Shown here: positions 56,885 through 64,000 of the stretch, piece after piece | How positions within the stretch are numbered: the first letter of the stretch is position 1 | Layout of the letters: every line of letters begins with the position of its first letter | From: Cyanidioschyzon merolae | Taxonomy: Eukaryota | Length of the DNA stretch: 64,000 nucleotides | Strand: one strand, 5' to 3' | NCBI GenBank assembly: GCA_000091205.1 | Contig: AP006499.2 | Position numbers and translations under genes: made by a program | The notes under the pieces: model-generated | Database searches by the model: none | What the model was told of the DNA's origin: nothing | The model's input: the letters and a program-made list of their open reading frames with translations, nothing else

Positions 56885-58450
56885 ATGCTAATACCGCAGG
56901 GCAAGTCCTTTCAAAGAGGCTCCCGTTCAGTCTCTGCCGGCTCTCTGGACAGCGACAGCGGCGGTTACGGTCGAGGTGCAGTACGTCCCAGCGAGCGGCG
57001 AGTGTCGCGTTCTCGTTGGTCAGAGATGGTTGGCAGTGCCCATGATCGACACCAAAGCGGTTATAGGGGAAGTTCGAACTCTCTTCCGACGGCCAGTAGC
57101 CGGCAGAGCAGTGTCGACCTTGAAACTGGTCGTTCGCTCCTGGACGATGCCGACGAGAACGACAAGGAGCGTCGGGGCCTCTGGTCCCTGGGTCTCGGTT
57201 TTGCGGCGAGCTCTGCGGCGAGTTCGTTGCCATCTGGTTCGGCTACATCGCTTTCAGGTACGAACGGAACGCCTCCCTCGACGAGCATTGTCGAATGGCT
57301 GCGACAACGCTCGCTGCGTGGCCTCCTGTACTGGCTTCTCGCCCTGTGTTGTATTGGCCTTCTGCTGGACTACTCGGTGAATCACCTGCTGCATCACAGC
57401 AGTTTCTTAGGAAATCATGGGCATGACTATAGAAACCGGGACATGTATCGACCCGACAGACCATGGGGACCGTTTGTTTTCGGGGTTATCACGGACATGG
57501 ATCGATTGTCTGCCGTACCTCACCGCTCGAAAGCATCCAAAAGCGAGTGGATTGCGTATTTCCGTCGAGGTGAACTGGAATACCGTGTACACGACGCTCG
57601 TGGAAACCGATCAGCTGAAGGTGTTTGGACTATCCGCTGGCACGAGCCTGCTCCCGGTGTTCGCTTGACAACGCAACTGAGCGAGGCCGGACGCGGTATG
57701 GAACTCAGCGAACTCGTTTACTGGCGAGGACGTTATCTGACGCCCTGCGATCGCACCGGCATCGTGTACGAAATTCTGAACGCTCGCTTACCGAAACCCT
57801 ATGTAGCATCGCGTTACGTGCTCGCTACCGGTGACGGTGAACACGCGAAAGGTTTCAAAGCGGAGTGGATGACCGTTCAGCATGGTGCACTATTCATTGG
57901 CGGACACGGCCGCGAAACCACGGATGCACACAACGGCACTCATGTGGTGAACGACGATGCGCTCTGGGTGAAACGCATCGCTCCAGATGGTGTAGCGTTC
58001 GTGGAGCACCTCAACTGGACGAACCGTTATGAACGGCTACGTCGAGCAGCGGGCACCGCATTTCCGGGCTACCTGGAACACGAAGCGGTTGTCTGGAGTG
58101 AACGACGCTCCCAGTGGCTCTTTCTTCCACGACGGTTCAGCGTCGAGCCATATGATGAACGAGCAAACGAATTTCGCGGTTGGAATGGTTATCTTTTAGC
58201 AGATGAGAACTTTCAGAGCATTCAGCTCAAACACCTGAATGTTCGTGTCGATGGTGAGCGCGGCTTCTCGTCTGTGAAGTTTCTGCCGTTTACCGGTGAC
58301 CGGCTTGCCATTGCGTTGCGAACGATCGAACACGAGGACGAGGGTGTGTATCGAACGTATCTGACAGTGTTCCAGGTCGACGATGGTCGCGTCCTCTTGG
58401 CCGATACGCCAGTCGGTGAGCACAAGTACGAAGGCATTGAATTTTTATAA
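56885..58450 (+). CDS. Soluble calcium-activated nucleotidase (CANT1 / Cimex-type apyrase family), type-II membrane-anchored
   Basis: 'GMELSELVYWRGRYLTPCDRTGIVYEI', 'KAEWMTVQHGALFIGGHG', 'EAVVWSERRSQWLFLPRRFS' match the apyrase/CANT1 fold motifs. An N-terminal hydrophobic anchor 'LLYWLLALCCIGLLLDYSV' follows a Ser/Arg-rich cytosolic head. The true start Met is uncertain. Confidence 0.7.
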   Translation: MLIPQGKSFQRGSRSVSAGSLDSDSGGYGRGAVRPSERRVSRSRWSEMVGSAHDRHQSGYRGSSNSLPTASSRQSSVDLETGRSLLDDADENDKERRGLWSLGLGFAASSAASSLPSGSATSLSGTNGTPPSTSIVEWLRQRSLRGLLYWLLALCCIGLLLDYSVNHLLHHSSFLGNHGHDYRNRDMYRPDRPWGPFVFGVITDMDRLSAVPHRSKASKSEWIAYFRRGELEYRVHDARGNRSAEGVWTIRWHEPAPGVRLTTQLSEAGRGMELSELVYWRGRYLTPCDRTGIVYEILNARLPKPYVASRYVLATGDGEHAKGFKAEWMTVQHGALFIGGHGRETTDAHNGTHVVNDDALWVKRIAPDGVAFVEHLNWTNRYERLRRAAGTAFPGYLEHEAVVWSERRSQWLFLPRRFSVEPYDERANEFRGWNGYLLADENFQSIQLKHLNVRVDGERGFSSVKFLPFTGDRLAIALRTIEHEDEGVYRTYLTVFQVDDGRVLLADTPVGEHKYEGIEFL

Positions 58451-59661
58451 GTAGCGGAAGCACAGCGTCATCCTGTTCGCCTGTTTGTCTGTCTGTTTCC
58501 ACGTCTATTAGTACGCGTATGCGTTGATATGTACGTGTTGAGGTTGCGGGCGTGGCTCTCCCAGCGAGCGCAAACAGGACCTGGTGCTTCGCAGGTAAGC
58601 GGCAACACCGCTCGCGTATCACTGTGTTGGCGGTGCCGGCTGCGTCCCTGCTGATATCCAGTTTTTAAACAAAAATCAAACCAGATCGTACAGTCTACCT
58701 CAACCGGATCATAAACCGCTTTTGAACGAAAACTTACCAGTCGCTCGAATAGGTGCCCGAGTTCGTTTCGCGTCTCTGACCCAGGAAAGCGTACACGTCC
58801 ATCATCTCGAGCCGGTTAAGGCCGCAACGCTGTCACCGCATCATGCCAAGCAGCAGCACCTCCGATGGATACGCTAGCCCGTGCTTCGATCTGTTCCAGA
58901 CACGTAGGCTATGTGAACGTGCCAGAAGCGTCGGAAACGCGAGTCTCAGACGCGCTGAGACACACAGGCGCTACAGGCACCTTCGTTGGCAGCGTGACGC
59001 TGACTAGTGAGCATGCGCTCGCCGCAGTGCTCTTGTTGCTGTTGTCGTCATCGTCGTAGCTGGCACTGCGCTCATTGCAGGTTGCATCAGCGAGGTGTAT
59101 TCGACTCGAACTAGGTTTCGAGTGTGGTGTGCGGCACCAGTCTACGATCCCGGTACTAGCGCAGAAACGAAATTCGAAACACTGCGGCACAGCTGGCTCC
59201 TGGTAACGTCGCCTCGACAGTGCCTTTCATGAACAAGAGGCAGCCTTGGATACGCGTACGAAACGCTGAGAAGCGGCCTCAGCGGGCACCTGCTGCGAGG
59301 TCGCGTCAGGCGGATGTCCCTGGTGTTGCTTGGCTGCATCGACACCGATGCTCAGCCCGATACGCCAATGCTGCCGGTGACTCAGAACGAAACCTCCGTT
59401 GCTCAGCAAACGCTCTCGGGTGCCTCAATCCTGGAATCGCGTTCATCCTCGAGCGTAGCGTTTCGGTTGGTCCAGTGATACCGCGGCTGCTGAACCTCGC
59501 AGAGGCAGTTCCCGCTATGCTGTGCTATGCTGCTTCGCGGGGGGCATTTCGTGCCCGACCTGGACGGCTTCTCCGTAGCCCCCTAGCCAGCAGATCGCGG
59601 AAGCAACAGCAACAACGACGCCTCTGTTGAGAGGCGCTCTAGATCAGCGCGCCTGACGCAT

Positions 59662-62190
59662 TCAGAGAGCGGGTGGCAGTTTCGACATGTCCAGTGGCGC
59701 CAGGGAGAGCGGTGGCGAGTACCTGCGCACAAGCGCGGTACGCCCTGTTGTCGTTGTCGTCGTCTCCGTTCCGGTGAGCGCACTCGGGTCCGCAGAGCCG
59801 GCATCCGCGATACCCGCTGCGGAACAATGCTCCAGTGCAGTCGTGCCTGTGGTTGGCGATACCGTCGCGTTTCGCCCTGGTGGATACTGAGGCGTACCCG
59901 CCGATTCCAGTCGCAGCCGCAGTTCCCGATCAATACGCACCAGTTCCTGGTACACCTCTGCCATCGAGGGTCGCTTCTGTGGCTGCTCCTGTAGACAACG
60001 ATTCACGAGCTGTACATACGCGCGCTTATCCTCGTGCTGCTTGCCGGCAGGCACCAGCGGCATACTCAGGCAAAGTCCTTGAAAAGCCACCGCCACCAGC
60101 ACCTGCATCGGCTGTAGACCAGCAAACGGAATGCGTCTGGTGATCACCTCCCAGGCGACCACACCAAAAGAATACACGTCGCACTTCTCGTTGTGCGGTT
60201 CGTTACGAATGACTTCGGGAGCGGTCCATTCGGGCGTGCCTCCGGCAATGCGACTCGTGAGAAACGTTCGATGTTTCGCACGGGAGAGCCCAAAGTCCGA
60301 GATTTTCACCCGCCAGTTCTCGCTAACGAGGCAGTTCATGGACTTGAGATCCCGATGGATGATCGGTGGATGGCAAGCGTGAAGATACGTCATGCCACGA
60401 GCAGCGTCCTGCATCATGGCTAGGCGCCGACGCCAGGGTAGCCGCACGCGGCGCGACGGGTCTGCAGGCGTGTGCAGCAGGTCAAAGAGGCTCCCACGCG
60501 GCATCAACTCGATAACGATGCAGAGGTTCGGTGGTGCTACCACAGCACCGAAGAACTGCACGATGCACGGGTGACGCAGGTTTGCCATGATGTCGCATTC
60601 GGCGAGAAACTCGTCGAGTTCCTCCGCGGACAGCGCTCGATCGAGAAGCGAGCGTTTCACTGCGACCTCGGTGCCTCGCCAGAGCGCTCGATGCACCGAG
60701 CCAAAGCCCCCCGCCCCAATATGTTCCAGAATCTGCAGCTCGGACTCGTCAATACACCAGCGACGACGAGCGCTCACGAGCGACTGCTCAGGATCAGGCT
60801 GTGTACATCGATGACCGACTAGAACGGGGGCCCAGGCTGGCGACGATGGACCCCGGAGGCTGCCACTACTGCCACCGGCACCACCGCCATCACCACCACC
60901 GGCACCTCGTCGCTGTTGTGGTGTTCCCAGGGCGCTCGTGACCGTATTCGCCTGTTGTTGCTGTTGCTGTGAATCCGCAATCGTTGGCGTCGTATCACCC
61001 GTTTCGGAATCATTGGCGATATCTTCGTCCATGGGGACAGGCTCGGGTCGGAAGAGCTCCTCACTGGATCGACTCCGACCCGAGGCTCGTTCCACGTCGG
61101 TGTCGCTGGCAGGCTTGGCGTTGGCGGCCTTTTCGCGTTCGCGGCGTCGCTGACGCAGGTACCAGACACCAACGCCGCTGCCCAGCAGACAAGCGCCCAG
61201 CACAGGTAGCACAGTTGCCACCGCGATGACCCAGGGCGGAGCACCTCCGGTGCCCGAACCTGGCCCCTGGAGCGTGCTGGTCGTTGGTGCGACACCCAGC
61301 GTTTCAACAGTCCCGCCAACGAGTGTAATCGGTACACCAGCTGTCCCGCTCATGGCACCGGAATTGACGTAGTTCTGGAGACCCTGCGTCGCGTTCTCCG
61401 CTTCAACCCCGCGAGGAACAATTGCGGTATAGGTAGCGTATACGGAACCTGCGTACAAGTTCGTCAGATAGAACTGCGAGGCATCGAGTATGCCGTTTGT
61501 GCTATTTGCCATCCACCGTTTCAGCTGTTCGCTGTAGAGGCTGGTAAACTCCCCCAAGGTCAGATTACGAATGTAGAGCGTCGCCTCCATGTACAAATAG
61601 TTGCTGGCAGGCGAGGGCATTGCTGGTGTTGGTACCGGACGCGCTTGTTTCTGGCCAGTCAGGAAGGTGTCGGGCGTAGGCGACGCACTTGGTGCCATAT
61701 ACACTGGAATGTTCTCGTCGACGAGCGTAACGTTCACCGCCGCCGCTCGCGACAGCGCACCACTGTCAATCCAGTCCGTCAGCGCTATGCGGACGGAGCT
61801 CGCGATTCGTGTAGGTACCTGAATCATAAATACTGCAATCCGAACCCGAGGCTCATAGTTCGTGAGCGTCACGGGCGGCGCGTGGTGCACCGACGGATAG
61901 TGCCCCAGAATGAACTGCTGCAGGCCGGTTTCCAGCCTTAACATATCGTTCTCGTTCACGCTGCCGGAAGATGCGCTCACATTTAACCGTACCAAAAGCA
62001 GCTCATCGTCTCGTGGCCAGTTTGATGGTGTCGGGCTCGGCTGCGGCAACGAACTCACGAGTAACGTCGGCGTCAAGGAAACGGGCTCCACGAGCGGCAA
62101 CGTCGAGGTGGCACTCGCTGGCCCCGAGCACACCCCCAGGAGCGCTAAGATGACAAGAAAAACGATAAGGACCGCACGACTATTGGTCAT
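59662..62190 (-). CDS. Receptor-like serine/threonine protein kinase (TKL-type kinase domain) with signal peptide, ~350-aa extracellular region and one TM helix
   Basis: Kinase motifs 'IGAGGFGSVHRALWRGTEVAVKR', 'HRDLKSMNCLV', 'ISDFGLSR' and 'GTPEWTAPE'. A TM segment 'IAVATVLPVLGACLLGSGVGVWYL' is followed by the stop-transfer 'RQRRRERE'. The start is set at 'MTNSRAVLIVFLVILALLGVCSG' (ATG at 62190), which reads as a signal peptide. The upstream 40 codons of the track ORF are probably 5' UTR. Confidence 0.8.
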   Translation of the reverse strand: MTNSRAVLIVFLVILALLGVCSGPASATSTLPLVEPVSLTPTLLVSSLPQPSPTPSNWPRDDELLLVRLNVSASSGSVNENDMLRLETGLQQFILGHYPSVHHAPPVTLTNYEPRVRIAVFMIQVPTRIASSVRIALTDWIDSGALSRAAAVNVTLVDENIPVYMAPSASPTPDTFLTGQKQARPVPTPAMPSPASNYLYMEATLYIRNLTLGEFTSLYSEQLKRWMANSTNGILDASQFYLTNLYAGSVYATYTAIVPRGVEAENATQGLQNYVNSGAMSGTAGVPITLVGGTVETLGVAPTTSTLQGPGSGTGGAPPWVIAVATVLPVLGACLLGSGVGVWYLRQRRREREKAANAKPASDTDVERASGRSRSSEELFRPEPVPMDEDIANDSETGDTTPTIADSQQQQQQANTVTSALGTPQQRRGAGGGDGGGAGGSSGSLRGPSSPAWAPVLVGHRCTQPDPEQSLVSARRRWCIDESELQILEHIGAGGFGSVHRALWRGTEVAVKRSLLDRALSAEELDEFLAECDIMANLRHPCIVQFFGAVVAPPNLCIVIELMPRGSLFDLLHTPADPSRRVRLPWRRRLAMMQDAARGMTYLHACHPPIIHRDLKSMNCLVSENWRVKISDFGLSRAKHRTFLTSRIAGGTPEWTAPEVIRNEPHNEKCDVYSFGVVAWEVITRRIPFAGLQPMQVLVAVAFQGLCLSMPLVPAGKQHEDKRAYVQLVNRCLQEQPQKRPSMAEVYQELVRIDRELRLRLESAGTPQYPPGRNATVSPTTGTTALEHCSAAGIADAGSADPSALTGTETTTTTTGRTALVRRYSPPLSLAPLDMSKLPPAL

Positions 62191-62350
62191 TGCGACAGCA
62201 TACCGAGAAAACAGAACCCTTGCTTGTTTTTTGCTGCCGCCACTCGAGTACAGCCACAGCCAGCGAACGTTCCCAGTTTGGGTCCGCGCATCGAGTGAGA
62301 AACTGACCACGATTGTGGCGCTGCTGCCTCGATGCGAATGCGCCGCTGCG

Positions 62351-62719
62351 ATCCCAGACGTCTCCGGGCGCCTCGTACTGTTTCCTGATCAGAATTGTAT
62401 AGTAATAAACAATTATAGCAATATATATCTACCTTTGGTGTTGGGCGATTGCGGACAGCACCGTCGAGGAACCATCCCAGACGTCTCCGGGCGCCTCGTA
62501 CTGTTTCCTGATCAGAATTGTATAGTAATAAACAACTATAGCAATATATATCTACCTTTGGTGTTGGGCGATTGCGGACAGCACCGTCGAGGAACCATCC
62601 CAGACGTCTCCGGGCGCCTCGTACTGTTTCCTGATCAGAATTGTATAGTAATAAACAATTATAGTCATATATATCTATCTTTGGTGTTGGGCGAATGCGG
62701 ACAGCACCGTCGAGGAACC
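62351..62719. repeat. Tandem repeat, ~122 bp x3, with an AT-rich core
   Basis: Unit 'atcccagacgtctccgggcgcctcgtactgtttcctgatcagaattgtatagtaataaacaa(t/c)tatag(c/t)aatatatatctacctttggtgttgggcga(t/a)tgcggacagcaccgtcgaggaacc'. It lies immediately upstream of the receptor-kinase start. Starts at 62351, 62474 and 62596. Confidence 0.95.
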
Positions 62720-63742
62720 CAGTGACACACGGATGTGTTTTCGAGATGGACAATGGGCATTCGTCGTTCCTAGCATTCGAAAGGGTGTTGATGATGAGGA
62801 TAACGACCGCAGCGATCCCGATACGAAATCGGGGAATTAGTGTACGTCATTCATAGCATTCGACGGGTGTCAATAGGGATGTCCATGGCGGCGATCGCGT
62901 GACGGTTTCCGTACCTGGGGTTGTTGTAGGCGCAAGCGGTGCATATACGGACGTTTCCATCTGCGCTTCATTCTCGATTTGGCTCTTCTTGTTCGTATAC
63001 AGCATCGATGTGCGATTCGGAACTGGCATGCTAGCCTGTGGTTGATTGCGGGAGCGGCGTGCCCTCGTATGTCCGCCGTATCGCCTTCTCTGGAAGCTGC
63101 ACTGCAGTGCTTGAACGCTTGCTCCATCTCTCGGCAGTTGTTCTTCATGAGCACAGAGGGCTTGCCTCGGTGCGTCTCTCCGTGTTGGCGCCATATACCA
63201 TAGTGCGGAATTACCGCGTCGTTCTGGGCGATGCTGTCCGTGAATATGCTTTCTGGTGGAAGCGCGAGCGCATGCTTACTCGTGCGATAGAGGATTTGCA
63301 GAACGCGATGTTTTCCATGATGACACGCAAGAATCGCGAGAAAAATTAAGACTGGTGGAAGCATACGAAACTTTGCAACTGTCGCTGGTCCCATGACGCG
63401 AATCGACGACGCACTCTGTACTGAAAGGGATCGCTGTGATAACGAAGTCCGAATTCTAGACCCTTTTCTACGCACACACACACATACACACAGAGAAGAG
63501 CCGGAAGTCTCCGGAAGTATACCCCACGAGATGGATCATAGGGCTGCTGCGGGCCTGCCGTTTCGTCGATAGCCACAATGAGATGAGGATTTATCGTCGC
63601 AACGGAATCGATCATGTGATTTGAGAAGGTCACGAACTGGTCGGCAGGAGCTTGTGAAGAAATCGTCAAGGGACGCCGTCGAGGTTCTTCGCTCGTCAAA
63701 GTCATGCGACGGAGATCTTTGGACGCACGCTGTTGTTTGCTT

Positions 63743-63970
63743 GAAAAGAAAGATCGAAAACTCGTACCATTTGTGATTTGAACATGCTACGCGTCAGGAA
63801 CGCAGAAATGTCGAGGCTCGTACATGTGAATTGGGCGATAATTGCGGGTGTTTTCATTCTGAAAAGAACGATCGAAAACTCGTACCATTTATGATTTGAA
63901 AATGCTACGCGTCAGGAACGCAGAAGCGTGGATGCTTCTACATGTGAACTGGGCGATGATTGCGGTTATT
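63743..63970. repeat. Tandem repeat, ~118 bp x2
   Basis: 'gaaaagaa(a/c)gatcgaaaactcgtaccattt(g/a)tgatttgaa(c/a)atgctacgcgtcaggaacgcagaa...tgaa(t/c)tgggcgat(a/g)attgcgg' occurs twice (starts 63743 and 63861). Confidence 0.85.
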
Positions 63971-64000
63971 TTAAAAATGCCTGTTCGAGGGCGTTCCACG

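Noticed and set aside
55839-56891. Series of near-identical 73-84-aa ORFs in the six-frame track
   Set aside because: These are artefacts of translating the 92-bp tandem repeat, not paralogous genes.
1-64000. Interpreting the window as a bacterial accessory region or operon
   Set aside because: Kinesin, ribosomal protein P0 with a P-tail, cryptochrome, CANT1 apyrase, a TKL receptor kinase and mitochondrial-type LIAS/NDB genes are present. Intergenic spacers are long and there are no operon-like co-directional gene clusters. Together these point to a eukaryotic nuclear origin.

Overview
This 64-kb window looks like nuclear DNA from a GC-rich, intron-poor eukaryote; a protist such as a stramenopile is plausible but unproven. 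The eukaryotic call rests on recognisable genes: a kinesin motor with a long coiled-coil stalk, 60S acidic ribosomal protein P0, a cryptochrome/photolyase, a CANT1-type apyrase, a receptor-like TKL kinase, an EF-hand NDH-2, lipoyl synthase, a ZIP transporter and a glycolate-oxidase-type enzyme. It is not a prokaryotic operon region. About 17 mostly intronless genes are spread over both strands, separated by ORF-poor spacers that carry many tandem repeats. The main finding is a Fanzor-like nuclease locus at about 20.2-22.8 kb on the minus strand; Fanzor is the eukaryotic TnpB/OMEGA family of RNA-guided nucleases. Its protein carries a GADPG-type RuvC-I motif, a 'VDEFRTSYTHH..C' segment leading into a Zn-ribbon-like region, and a near-canonical RuvC-III 'NRDFNAAINI'. 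The protein is split over three to four reading frames, which could mean introns or decay. About 105 nt of noncoding sequence 3' of the ORF is conserved, together with the ORF end, in a second, pseudogenised fragment at 39.39-39.78 kb on the opposite strand. That tail is where a TnpB-family guide-RNA (omegaRNA) scaffold and element right end would lie. Other points of interest are a bacterial-type AlkB-like alkane hydroxylase gene, several minisatellite arrays (92 bp x9, 122 bp x3, 68 bp x4, a 12-bp array) and coding trinucleotide repeats. All calls are from reading the sequence and ORF translations; no database searches were run.
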